Shown here: piece by piece, positions 37,085 through 49,745 of the stretch
How the letters are laid out: each line of letters begins with the position of its first letter
How positions within the stretch are numbered: the stretch's first letter is position 1
Assembly (NCBI GenBank): GCA_950097015.1
Contig: CATNEN010000025.1
Location: 9,176,001-9,240,000, forward strand
Source: Macrostomum hystrix
Taxonomy: Eukaryota > Animalia > Platyhelminthes
Length of the DNA stretch: 64,000 nt
Direction of reading: 5' to 3'
Program-made: the position numbers and the translations under genes
Notes under the pieces: generated by a model
What the model saw: only the letters and a program-made list of their open reading frames with translations
Databases searched by the model: none
Told to the model about the DNA's origin: nothing

Positions 37085-38520
37085 AGGCATCAGTTGTATC
37101 AGTTGCGTCAGATGTCAATTGTGTCAGGTGTCAGTTGTGTCAGGTGTCAGTTGTGTCAGATGTCAGTTGTGTCAGATGTCAATTGTGTCAGGTGTCAGTT
37201 GTGTCAGGTGTCAGTTGTGTCAGATGTCAGTTGTGTCAGATGTCAGTTGTGTCAGGTGTCAGTTGTGTCAGGTTCAGTTGTGTCAGGTGTCAGTTGTGTT
37301 AGGTTAAGCTTTGGCAGGTGTCAGTTGTGTCAGATGTCAGTTGTGTCAGATGTCAGTTGTGTCAGGTGTCAGTTGTGTCAGATGTCAGTTGTGTCAGATG
37401 TCAGTTGTGTCAGATGTCAGTTGTGTTAGGTTAAGCTTTGGCAGGTGTCAGTTGTGTCAGGTTCAGTTGTGTCAGGTTCAGTTGTGTCAGGTGTCAGTTG
37501 TGTTAGGTTAAGCTTTGGCAGCTGTCAGTTGTGTCAGATGTCAGTTGTGTCAGATGTCAGTTGTGTCAGATGTCAGTTGTGTCAGGTGTCAGTTGTGTCA
37601 GATGTCAGTTGTGTCAGATGTCAGTTGTATCAGATGTCATTTGTGTCAGGTGTCAGTTGTGTTAGGTTCAGTTGTGTCAGGTGTCAGTTGTGTTAGGTTA
37701 AGCTTTGGCAGGTGTCAGTTGTGTTAGGTTCAGTTGTGTCAGGTGTCAGTTGTGTTAGGTTAAACTTTGGCAGGTGTCAGTTGTGTTAGGTTCAGTTGTG
37801 TCAGGTGTCAGTTGTGTTAGGTTAAGCTTTGGCAGCTGTCAGTTGTGTCAGATGTCAGTTGTGTCAGATGTCAGTTGTGTCAGATGTCAGTTGTGTCAGG
37901 TGTCAGTTGTGTCAGATGTCAGTTGTGTCAGATGTCAGTTGTGTCAGATGTCAGTTGTGTCAGGTGTCAGTTGTGTTAGGTTCAGTTGTGTCAGGTGTCA
38001 GTTGTGTTAGGTTAAGCTTTGGCAGGTGTCAGTTGTGTTAGGTTCAGTTGTGTCAGTTGTCAGTTGTGTCAGGTGTCAGTTGTGTCAGGTGTCAGTAGTG
38101 TCAGGTGTCAGTTGTGTCAGGTGTCAGTTGTGTCAGGTGTCAGTTGTGTCAGGTGTCAGTTGTGCCAGGTGTCATTTGCTTCAGGTGTCAGTTGTGTCAG
38201 ATGTCAGTTGTGTCAGATGTCAGTTGTGTCAGATGTCAGTTGTGTCAGGTGTCAGTTGTGTCAGATGTCAGTTGTGTCAGATGTCAGTTGTGTCAGATGT
38301 CAGTTGTGTCAGGTGTCAGTTGTGTTAGGTTCAGTTGTGTCAGGTGTCAGTTGTGTTAGGTTAAGCTTTGGCAGGTGTCAGTTGTGTTAGGTTCAGTTGT
38401 GTCATGTGTCAGTTGTGTCAGGTGTCAGTTGTGTCAGATGTCAGTTGTGTCAGGTGTCAGTTGTGTCAGGTGTCAGTTGTGTCAGGTGTCAGTTTGTTCA
38501 GGTTAAGCTTTGGCAGGTGT
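37085..38520. repeat. 16-bp minisatellite (TGTCAGTTGTGTCAGR) with recurrent GTTAGGTTAAGCTTTGGCAG spacer units
   Basis: Direct periodicity. Confidence 0.95.
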
Positions 38521-38978
38521 CAGGTAATTTGCTCAAAGATTCACTGAAATATTTTCAATTACGTTCCGGCTTATCAAAAATACTTTGGTCTAGAAACGTA
38601 TAGACACCTACATGAAGATCATCATGGCTAGTCCATATTTTAACAAATTTTCATCCGTTTATTCATTGGCTATTTTATATATAATTATTTTAGTAAGGGT
38701 TACTATAATGGGAAACTTTTAATTGACGCCTGATATAAGATTTGAGGATTTAGGAATGCGCAAAAACAGGAAAGGGAGGACAAAGATTGAGGCTATCAAT
38801 CGAATATAGTGAAGGCTAAAGCTTTTAGTGGGATAATCGTGTGGTTTGTGCCGTAAGGTGTGTACTGCCACCGATTCAAAATATCCTTCTCATCTTCAAA
38901 GTCTAGAGTTTAAACGATTCCAAATAAATAAATCAGACAGAGAGACGAAGGCTAGAGCGCCCCAGTGTAATCAGACTC

Positions 38979-40938
38979 TCATTCAGTCTCTTGATCGCGA
39001 GCGTTGTCATTGTTGTTTTTGTTGACAACAGGGGCCAGACTGACTCCTGTGGTGTAGCTTGTGCTGCGGCTGGAGCCTCCGCTGCCGACCGGGCGTCCGA
39101 GGCATCGTCGAAGCGGACGCAGCATCGGAGCGCGAACAAAGGCAACGTCCTTGGCGTAGATGATCCAGTTGAATCCGTAGAAGACGGCGTAGAGGACGTT
39201 GAACAGCAGGCCCAGACCACTGGTGAAGAGCACATTCAGATAGAACTCGACGGGATTGGCTCGCGAGTTGGCTGCGATTGAATAGACGGTGCCAACCCCC
39301 AGCACAGCGGCTGCTGGTGCCAGCGTGGCCATGTAGAACAAGCTCAGGCTGAAGATCAGCAGTGTCACCCTGGCGGCCTTTCGATCCTCCTTGGCATTCT
39401 GCTGCTGCTGCTGCTGCGTCTTCTGGCTGCTGGCCCGGATCTGGCGGATCCTGCAGGCCAGGAAGGCGTTAAAGGCCAGTATGATGAGAGACACGACCCC
39501 GCCGCGCTGGAGCAGGAACAGGTAGACGGTGAGCACACTGCGCTGGTCGGGCAGCTCGGATGGTACAAAACAGATCGTGGACAGCACGGCCACGTCGGCG
39601 AAGGCTAGCATCTGGCTGACTCGGAATAGGCCAATGACGGGTGTGGCACACGCGATGGAGATCAGGCCTGTGGGAAACATAATGATCGTAATTGATACAC
39701 CTGGCCCAATCGGGCCAGATGTATAACAAACAGCGCTGCCGCAGCTATTGCGTGGCGAATCTGAAGGCTGCGTACGGCTGTTCAGTCCATGGACTGGGGG
39801 TGTCACACCTAACGGTGACACAGTCAAATTTGTTCCGATGGAGTCAAGAATCGAAACCCCAACCTTCAAGTCGTGAGACGACGCTCTAACAACCAGGCTA
39901 CAACCCCGGCACAAATAACAGGTAACATAGACCGAGTATGAGCAAACAATAAACTCATAGGTGCCAAGACGCACCAATGAATGCGGCGGCCATCTTGCTG
40001 AGCTTGAGTCCATAGCTGCGGTAGCTAAACGGCAGGGTCAGCGCGTGCAGCCGGTCGACCACCAGCGCCACCATCAGCAGCATGGCGAAGCCGTTCGCAG
40101 TGTTCATGACGAACTCCCAAAAGGGGCAGAACCAGTCGGCGGAATACATCGGGAATTTGAATGAGCCTCTGGTGAAACTGAAGCTCGCTCGGTTCACCTG
40201 CAGATTGTCATTTACGCATTCGTAAGTCTGAGTCTATAATCACCATCGTGATCTGCATATTTGACGATAGCGCATCATTTGGTGACAGTGGATCCGCTGT
40301 CAGCGAGGAGGCCATTCTGCTCATTTCGCAGACTCCTGAGCACACAAGCACACAGATACCGACTTTCTCATCGTGAGGCAGTGAGCACTCTTCTCACTGT
40401 GCTTTGGGGGTTGGCCCTCAAGGGAGTAAATTGCACGACAAGCCCCCAAGCGTTCTCTCCGCGGCTGTGCCCCAGATGAATGTGGCCACGCTGCGGAATC
40501 GAGCTCAGGACCTTGGTGTGAGAGGCACGAACCACCTCAGTTGGACGGTGAACGCCAATGGAGTGCTGCGTCTCCACGAACCCCACCTGCTCAGGAATTT
40601 ACCGTCTGCGAGAAGAACTGATGCGTGACGATCAGCGCATTGGTTGGCAGCAGGCAGGTGATGTAGACATGCGGTTTCGACCAACGCGACCTCGAGCGAA
40701 GCATCAGGCAGAACGCCGTGAGGTTGCCGAATAGACCAACCACGAAGCAGACGGGCACAACGATGAAGGCCACCCAGCTGTTGAGTCGCTCCAGTGTCAA
40801 CACGCGGTCGTAGAGTTCGCGCAGCCCGGCGTCGCGACGCAGTGCCGACTGGAGGAGCATGAAGAACAGTGCGTAGCGGTTCGGGATTTCGCCTCCCCCG
40901 CTGCTGCTGTTGACAGCTGGATCGCTGTTGTTGCTCAT
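38979..40938 (-). CDS. Class A (rhodopsin-like) GPCR, peptide-receptor type, 3 exons, about 415 aa
   Basis: Exons 40938-40603, 40197-39975, 39667-38979 (GT-AG, phases 0 and 1). TM1 VGLFGN; TM3 C...VVDRLHALTLPF; TM6 RKAARVTLLIF; TM7 YGFNWIIYA; seven hydrophobic segments. Confidence 0.85.
39722..39907 (-). mobile_element. SINE family 2 copy (internally deleted) in GPCR intron 2
   Basis: tRNA-like head GGGGTTGTAGCCTGGTTGTTAGAGCG...GGTTTCGATTC and 3' body CAGTCCATGGACTGAACAGCCGTACGCAGCCTTCAG shared with 41195-41447. Confidence 0.7.
40272..40530 (-). mobile_element. SINE family 1 copy in GPCR intron 1
   Basis: Matches family body and head. Confidence 0.8.
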
Positions 40939-41194
40939 GACTCTTATAGCGGTTGATTTGCCTGAGACTGTGCAACAACAAGTTTTATAAATTGGAGAGC
41001 AAAAAATAAGTTTAGCAACTTACCCTTACGGACCGTTGAAACCAATGTTTTCGACGAATTTCACGTTTTTGGGGATGAATTTATAGCCAATAAATTCCCA
41101 TTTGACTGGCAATGCAGCCAGTTCCACCAATCAGTGCAGGGGCCTCTATCCGTAATTGGTCAAGCCCTTCCAACCAAGCTAGCTTTTAATTACA

Positions 41195-41447
41195 ATAATG
41201 ATAATAACGACGGCACAGCCGCAGCTTGCGCGGCGCATCTGAAGGCTGCGTACGGCTGTTCAGTCTATGGACTGGGGAGGACACACACTTTTTATTATCC
41301 CATTTAACAGTTGATTAAACCGAAGCATTGCAGACTTAAGTGTCTTCTCTTACTTGGGAAAAAATCGTTCCAGTGGTGTCGGGAATCGAACCCCTGTCGT
41401 TCCTTCCAGTCGTGAATTCGACGCCCAAACCACTAATCTACAAGCTC
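41195..41447 (-). mobile_element. SINE family 2, CORE-type SINE
   Basis: tRNA head with GGTTCGATTCCC B-box; central ACTTAAGTCTGCAATGCTTCGGTTTAATCAACTGTTAAATGGGATAATAA resembling the MIR CORE domain; AT-rich (TTA)-like tail. Confidence 0.7.
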
Positions 41448-41688
41448 TATAGACGTACTCGTATGTAAGCGTCTACTACAAAAAATAATTAATTTTCTGT
41501 ACTTTGCAGGCCTAGCTGTAAACGGACTAGCACACAAAACCCCATAGCATACTAATGCATACTTCAGTTTTTGAGATCAGATCAGTCAGATCGAAGCCTA
41601 AGCTTTGTTGTTGTCTAGTTTTCAAAGTGCCAGTTAAGAATTCCAGTTAGGTTTTCTTCCAATCTTAACAATAATAAAGACATAGGTT

Positions 41689-42001
41689 GTGAGTGGTCTA
41701 ACGCGTTTGCCTCTCGCACCAAGGTCCCTGAGCTCGATTTCGCGGTGAGGCCACAGCTGCAGCTTGTGTGGTGTGGCTTGTCATGCAATTTACCTTTTGA
41801 GGGCCAACCTCCAAGGCATAGTGAGCTTTTACACTGCCTGACGATGAGAAAGTCAGTCACCCCTGTGTGATCGTCTGCCTGCGTACAGTATCAGTGTGCG
41901 TGTGTACTCAGGAGTCAGCGAAATGGGCAGAATTGCCTTTTCGCTGACTGCGGGTCTAGTGTCACCAAATAATGTGCCATTGCCCACAACCCTTCAGCAA
42001 T
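41689..42001 (+). mobile_element. SINE family 1 copy
   Basis: Plus-strand head ACGCGTTTGCCTCTCGCACCAAGGTCCCTGAGCTCGATT, body and tail. Confidence 0.85.
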
Positions 42002-43562
42002 TATTTTTGTTCCTATCTGAAGTGCATACACCCAATCAGTGAATGTAAATAAAGCTAAGTCAGTGTTTCCAAATCCATAAGTCAATTAATCTTCCATTAA
42101 TTTGAAGTGGGCCATGAAAATTGCCTAAGACTTTGATTTCGTCGTGAGAAAACTTTACCGACAAACATGCCTATGGCTCGCCATCGTTCACCATCGGTCA
42201 TGTGGCGGACCATTTTGAAAATAACGAGTAATACTGGTTACTCGCTAGCTGCATTTTGAACTTCGCGATAACCCTTTACCCACCCCACTCTCCCACGGTA
42301 GCTATCCTTGCAGTCAGGTGCACATTACGTAATTTGCAGCAGTGAGTTGAGATCAACCGTTCCCCTCGCTCTAGGGTGGCGGTTTTTAATGTTGCTGAGT
42401 AAACATGGGAGTTGTCTCATTTACAGTTGGAGCAAATGTAATTGAGCTGTCATAATTTCATCTCTCTTTGGTTACGTGTTGTAGGTAAATAGGGTGTGGC
42501 CGAAGTCAACAAATAAAATGAAACAAAGAAAGTTTTTCGCTATTTCATCACAGTTGAGCAGTCAAACACGACCGGGTGAAGGCAGTTTTTTGCACGAAAT
42601 ATTTCGTGATGTATTAAGTTTAGATAACAAAAATGTGAATTATTTACTCCTCTTTGCTTTAACAGATTCTGATTGTTAAAATGAAAACATTTTCTTTGAT
42701 GAAAACGTTAGCCGAATCAGATGGACCTCTGAATGATGTGCAAAACAGACTACTGGCGGCGACGAGAAGTCCTATAGGGTAGACGCTTATTAAAATAATA
42801 AAATTTCGTTGAAAAGCATGTACAAAGCCTAGAAAACGGTACAAGTAATTGAAGAACTTAGGGATTAAATGTCTTACATCGGACGGTAGAAGCAACAGCT
42901 GTACATGTGTCCCAACTGGACTCGATATCATTTCTCTCTCTCTTCTCTGACCATCTCTCGTCTCTAAACATTCTTATCTACAATGCTACCAACACCAGTC
43001 AGCCGAAATTCAGGCCGGATGAAGCAAGCGAGATTTTCGGAGGATCCAAACTAGCTTTCAGAATTCCTCTGCCTCTGTCGCTTTCGAAAGCGAAAAGAAG
43101 AGGATGAAAAACGTGGGCGGCCGCCAAGCCCCTACCGAACCGCCCACCCCAGCCACCCCAGCCTCCGCTCGGGAATTTATCGAGCGAAACTTCGGCAAGC
43201 CGGGGTCGCGAAAGCTGGGATGAAGGGGAATGGGGGAAGGGCCAGCTTCCAGACACCAGTTGCCGCATTAGTCAGCAGCAGCAGGGCTTCAGCTAGTCGA
43301 CCTGGAGGACCCATGGCCCAAGGTCTTTTCAAGGTCTCGTTGGAAAAAGCTTCGTATTTATAAGATAGACCGCAGCTTTCCTGTTCGCTGTCTAGTCACA
43401 ACTAACTCCAGGAACTATCAAATAGACCTTCTGATTTGTGGCAAATAGACCTTCTCTGCGATTAAAATGGACGCCTCTAATGTTAGCAGCAAGTCGGTAA
43501 GATTTTGTACATTGCGTAGAAATTTCATAAATCTTGGATTCGTTAGGTACGAAAAAGTTTTA

Positions 43563-44897
43563 GAGAGTCTTGGATAGTCTTGGGTAGTCTTGGACAGTCT
43601 TCAATAGTCTTGGGTAGTCTTGGGTAGTCTTGGGTAGTCTTGGACAGTCTTCAATAGTATTGGGTAGTCTTGGGTAGTCTTGGGTAGTCTTGGACAGTCT
43701 GGGATAGTCTGGAATAGTCTGGGATAGTCTTGGGTAGTCTTGGGTAGTCTTGGGTAGTCTGGGATAGTCTGGGATAGTCTTGGGTAGTCTTGGGTAGTCT
43801 TGGGTAGTATTGGGTAGTCTTGGGTAGTCTTGGGTAGTCTTGGGTAGTCTTGGGTAGTATTGGGTAGTCTTGGACAGTCTTCAAAAGTCTTGGGTAGTCC
43901 TGGGTAGTCTTGGGTAGTCTTGGACAGTCTGGGATAGTCTGGAATAGTCTGGGATAGTCTTGGGTAGTCTTGGGTAGTCTTGGGTAGTCTTGGGTAGTCT
44001 TGGGTAGTCTTGGACAGTCTTCAATAGTCTTGGGTAGTCTTGGGTAGTCTTGGACAGTCTGGGATAGTCTGGAATAGTCTGGGATAGTCTTGGGTAGTCT
44101 TGGGTAGTCTTGGGTAGTCTTGGGTAGTATTGGGTAGTCTTGGACAGTCTTCAATAGTCTTGGGTAGTCCTGGGTAGTCTTGGGTAGTCTTGGACAGTCT
44201 GGGATAGTCTGGAATAGTCTGGGATAGTCTTGGGTAGTCTTGGGTAGTCTTGGGTAGTCTTGGGTAGTCTTGGGTAGTCTGGGATAGTCTGGGATAGTCT
44301 GGGATAGTCTTGGATAGTCTTGGGTAGTCTTGGGAAGTCTTGGGTAGTCTGGGATAGTCTGGGATAGTCTTGGGTAGTCTTGGGTAGTCTTGGGTAGTCT
44401 TGGGTAGTCTTGGGTAGTCTTGGACAGTCTTCAATAGTCTTGGGTAGTCTGGGCTAGTCTTGGGTAGTCTGGGCTAGTCTTGGGTAGTCTTGGGTAGTCT
44501 TGGGTAGTCTTGGGTAGTCTTGGGTAGTCTTGGGTAGTCTTGGGTAGTCTTGGGTAGTCTTGGGTAGTCTTGGGTAGTCTGGGCTAGTCTTGGGTAGTCT
44601 TGGGTAGTCTTGGGTAGTCTTGGGATAGTCTTGGGTAGTCTTGGGTAGTCTTGGGTAGTCTTGGGTAGTCTTGGGTAGTCTGGGCTAGTCTTGGGTAGTC
44701 TTGGGTAGTCTTGGGTAGTCTTGGGATAGTCTTGGGTAGTCTTGGGTAGTCTGGGATGGTCTGGGATAGTCTTGGGTAGTCTGGGCTAGTCTTGGGTAGT
44801 CTTGGGTAGTCTTGGGTAGTCTTGGGATAGTCTTGGGTAGTCTTGGGTAGTCTTGGGTAGTCTGGGATGGTCTGGGATAGTCTTGGGTAGTCTTGGT
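43563..44897. repeat. 10-bp minisatellite (TAGTCTTGGG) with higher-order variant blocks
   Basis: Direct periodicity. Confidence 0.96.
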
Positions 44898-45183
44898 TAG
44901 TTCGCAAGGAGGTAGTGTTTGGCTTTGTTTCCGGCCTGGGGTCCGCACTCCACCCCAAGCCAAGTAATTATTTTTTAAGCTTTTGCTGTCTCTAAGCCTC
45001 AAATGATCTGCGTTCGGCCAATTTGTAATGGCCCATGCGGGCTTTTGTGCAAAGGTGAAAAATGAAGACTTACCCGTCGCTTTCTTGTTTCGTCGAATTT
45101 CCCTAGTTCGTAGAATTTTCTTTGTTCATTGAATTTTTCAGTTCGTCGTATTTTGAGACCATCGTTGACTTTCATAATTTCAG

Positions 45184-45689
45184 CAAAGTCAGCAGTCCCC
45201 GCAACAACAGCAGCAGCAGCAGCAGCAGCAGCTTTCTGGAGAAATCGGTGGACCCAAACGGCTGCACATCAGTAATATACCGTTTAAGTTCAGGGAGACG
45301 GACCTGCGTGAGCTGCTTGGCGTGAGTTTTAGAGGCTTTTGAGTTTTAGAACTGGATCGGGCATTAACATCATAGCAATAATCAATACCAAATTCCGCTT
45401 TCAGCCGTTTGGTGAAATTCTGGACGTAGAGATCATATTTAACGAGCGCGGTTCCAAGGTAACAAAGTTTTAATTAACTTCAACAAGATTTCTGCAGCCA
45501 ATTGATTCAATCCGCCATAATTGCTGTCTCTTCGAAAACTAAGTGTCTCTTAACGATGAACTACGCGAAAATCCAAATCTTGTCTAATGAACGACATGAC
45601 TTAATAACTATTAATTGCAGCAGGGCTGTGGGCAATCACGCATCATTTGGCGACACTAGACCCCCAGCCAGCAAGACCCCCAGACAGAC

Positions 45690-45738
<49 letters not shown>

Positions 45739-45739
45739 C

Positions 45740-45774
<35 letters not shown>

Positions 45775-45775
45775 C

Positions 45776-45824
<49 letters not shown>

Positions 45825-47719
45825 GACGGTGAGAACCGGACAGAGTGCTTACTTATTCCAAACTCATCTGTTTCCAAGGCCATCGGATTCAACCATAGCG
45901 TGACGCCGGGCAGCAAGTTTGCAGGTTGTTCCAACAAAATCAAGCATAAGAATTACTGCCTTGTTGAGAGTAGTCCGATGCTTTGATTTTAATAAATTTT
46001 CGATCGATCGACTTGTTGACTTGCGAGCTCTGCTGGACAGTTTGCTGTACTTTTGTTATTAATATTTTACCAATTTATTCTATTACTATTTTCTACTCTG
46101 GGGCCACGTCAAATGCCTGAAAAAAATTATTTTACTGAATTTGAGTTTTTAAGAATGAGTTTGCTGGCTTTTGTAACACGAGACATTGGATCACTGGTTC
46201 AACAGGTTATACTCAAATCTGACAGGTTATACTCAAATCTGACAGGTTAGACTCAAATCTGACAGGTTAATACTCAAATCTGACAGGTTAGACTCAAATC
46301 TGACAGGTTAGACTCAAATCTGACAGGTATTTACTCAAATCTGACAGGTTAGACTCAAATCTGACAGGTTAGACTCAAATCGGACAGGTTAGACTCAAAT
46401 CTGACAGGTTAGACTCAAATCTGACAGGTTAATACTCAAATCTGACAGGTTAGACTCAAATCTGACAGGTTAGACTCAAATCTGACAGGTTATACTCAAA
46501 TCTGACAGGTTAGACTCAAATCTGACAAGTTAATACTCAAATCTGACAGGTTAGGCTCAAATCTGACAGGTTAATACTCAAATCCGACAGGTTAGACTCT
46601 AATCTAACTGGTTAGACTCGTGTATAGAATAATGGGCAGTAGCAACGGAATGTGTCTGAGTCACTCAGTCTGTTAGCAGTTTATTGGTCTTGTAGGCATG
46701 AAATACTGGGCATGAAATGTCATGCTGAATTATTTTCGTCAGCTCATGCTAAGCTCATATCTGTTTTCGTCCAGCCTGCCAGTCTGTTGTTGTTTTTTGC
46801 CGGAAATTAAAAACTTTTCAAATGAAAATTTGAGTACGATGCTTTTCCAACGCTACAGGGCTTCGGTTTCGTGACCTTCGCTGAGTCCGCCGACGCCGAC
46901 GAGGCGCGCGAGAAGCTCAACGGAACCCTGGTTGAGGGGCGCAAGATTGAGGTGAGGGAGGACTGAGGGAGGACTGAGGGAGGACTGAAGATGGACTGAG
47001 GTAAGACTGTGGAGAATTTTTTATTGGAAATTTTTTAACACAGTTTCTGATCCACACAAACTGCAGGTGAACAATGCCACAGCTCGAGTGATGACAAAGA
47101 AGAAGGACGCTTCACCGAACCAGCTCAGAGGTATAGCCGGTTTTTCAATAGTTGTGTATGAACAGAACCTTACCAAAGGTGCGCCTTCTATCTCAAACCT
47201 CCGCTCGAAATCTGCCTGCAATCTCCAGCCCTGCCGACCCTCCGCAATCGACCGCTGGTGCTGCCGCCAGCTTTCCAGGCCCTGGCGGCTGCCGCGGCGG
47301 CTGCGGCGGCCGCTGGCGGCGGCGGTGTCGGCGCACTCGGCGCTCCATTCGGCGGGGTCGCCCTGCCACCTCATCTGCTGTACCCGCTTGCGTCCGTCTT
47401 CGATCCGACGTTGGCATTCGCCGATCCGGCAGCTCTGGCCAGCCATCACCTGCAGCAGCATCAGTCGCTGCCGCCGATGCCGCAGCTTGCCTCGTTGGCC
47501 ACCGGCTTCCCGACTGCGGCTGATCAGTTCGCCGCTGCCGGCATTGCCGCGGCAGCCGCCGCCGCCGCCAGAGAAGCCTCCGCGGCGGCTGCTGCGGCCA
47601 CAGCGGCCGGTTTGAACTCCGCCTACGTCAACGCCAGCCCGACTGTGTACCGCGGTTCGCAGGGCACTCTGCAGCATCATCATCATCAGAGATTCGCTCC
47701 CTACTCCAGGCCCTACTAA
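45184..47719 (+). CDS. RBFOX: RNA-binding Fox-1 homolog (RRM splicing regulator); start codon/upstream exon not resolved
   Basis: Exons 45184-45321, 45405-45458, 46859-46951, 47067-47130, 47229-47719. RRM reads [48 protein letters not shown]...[15 protein letters not shown]. Conserved 54- and 93-nt exon sizes; Ala-rich tail ending RFAPYSRPY. Confidence 0.95.
45612..45672 (-). mobile_element. SINE family 1 3'-tail fragment
   Basis: TGCAGCAGGGCTGTGGGCAAT...CATCATTTGGCGACACT matches the family tail. Confidence 0.6.
45682..45826. repeat. (CAGA)n microsatellite
   Basis: Direct inspection. Confidence 0.97.
46205..46617. repeat. 20/21-bp minisatellite (TGACAGGTTAGACTCAAATC)
   Basis: Direct periodicity. 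Confidence 0.95.
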
Positions 47720-49009
47720 GTGAGGCTGAGAATATACGAGTTTAAATTCGCGCCGAAATTGAAACAAATGAATTAGGAATTTTCATCCCCCAACTAAGCT
47801 CGTATGTAAATTAGTAACATTTTACATTTTACTCAAACTTCATAAATACAGTACCCACCTGTAATATGCCTTATTGCTACAAATTGCTTTTAGATTTGTT
47901 TAAATTTTCGGCGCGAATTCAAATCCTGATTAGAATACACATGGCTTCTGCAGTGCCTCAATAAAAATGACTAGTCAAAAAACATTAACAAAGTGAAAAT
48001 AATTATTCATAAATTTTCATTAATTTTAAGCGAAATTGATCATCTGAATCTGGGATATATATATTTGTATATTTTTTCAAAAAAATGTTACATGCATTAC
48101 CTTCTCACAAGGAAGTCCATCGGTAGGTACTTGTAACCATGTTTTTTCGTCATTATAGAAAAGAAAATGCGCAAGTTTTTTGTAATTCTATCGTTTTTTC
48201 CTATCGTTGCAATTTTACTGTTACAAAACCTCATTTATTGTTATGACAAACATTTCTAATGCTCGCTTTATTTATTTATCTTTTAAACAAAAAAGGTCTA
48301 CATAATTTTATTGCGTCATTGTGGCACGATCTCGTCACTTCTAATTAACGCTCTTATTAATGATGTCAATCAAACAATTTTATGATTGCCTTAATATAAA
48401 GACATAAGAAAGTTTTGAAAAATTGTAATATTATGACATCTTGTTTTATACCTACTCGTGAGTAGTAAGCAATATTATAGTAAGCTGAAATTGCCAGAAC
48501 AGGCAGTGCACAATGGGCAAATGCTGGACTTAAGCTAGTCTAGCTGTCCTCAACAGTCACTTTTCGGAGGTCACTACTCAAAACCAGATCCCACGCCTAA
48601 ATTCTCCAATCGATATAGAATTCCCATTCTCTCGCTTATAACAAAAAAGGCTGGCTGGAGAGACTCAACCAGTTGAGTTGGTGAGTGATTCGCTGGTCCC
48701 CGCTCAATTGAAAGGCCAAGCAGCCTATCTGTAGCTGCAAACTGAACACTGTTTCTGGATCTGTAGCTTATAGAGAGCAAGGCATATAACTTCGTTTAAA
48801 AACCTAGGACAAATGCAGCAGCAGCAGCAGCAGCAGCAGCACTCCACAGCAGGATGGTGGCACACTGGCAGTGGTGGCGAACCAGGTTTCTGCGATAGGT
48901 AAGATTGTTTTTTAACTTTCAATACTTGAAGCAACACTGACAGAATTTCGCTGGACACATAAAGAATTTTAGACATGTCTGATAGTCGAAAGAATTATAT
49001 TTCCTAACA

Positions 49010-49745
49010 CCTGTGTGATAGATAAGCCACCTGTTAGACAGATAAGCCACCTGTTAAGACAGATATATCACCTGTTAGACAGATAAACCACCTGTTAGAC
49101 AGATACATCACCTGTTAGACAGATAAACCACCTGTTAGACAGATATATCACCTGTTAGACAGAAAACTAACCTTATAGATAGGTGTATCACCTGTTTGAC
49201 AGATAAACCACCTGTTAGACAGATCAACCACCTGTTAGACAGATCAACCACCTGTTAGACAGATCAACCACCTGTTAGACAGATAAACCACCTGTTAGAC
49301 AGATCAACCACCTGTTAGACAGACAAACCACCTGTTAGACAGATAAACCACCTGTTTGACAGATCAACCACCTGTTTGACAGATCAACCACCTGTTAGAC
49401 AGATAAACCACCTGTTAGACAGATAAATCACCTGTTTGACAGATATACACTTGTTAGACAGATAAACCACCTGTTTGACAGATCAACCACCTGTTTGACA
49501 GATCAATCACCTGTTTGACAGATCAACCACCTGTTAGACAGATCAACCACCTGTTAGACAGATAAACCACCTGTTAGACAGATATATCACCTGTTTGACA
49601 GATCAACCACCTGTTAGACAGATAAACCACCTGTTAGACAGATATATCACCTGTTTGACAGATCAATCACCTGTTTGACAGATCAACCACCTGTTAGACA
49701 GATAAACCACCTGTTAGACAGATATACACTTGTTAGACCTGTTAG
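49010..49745. repeat. 20-bp minisatellite (GATAAACCACCTGTTAGACA)
   Basis: Direct periodicity. Confidence 0.95.

Noticed and set aside
41829-41860. Hammerhead-like CTGACGA...GAAA core in SINE1
   Set aside because: Only 3 nt for helix II, no UH cleavage triplet or helix III; folds better as a simple hairpin.
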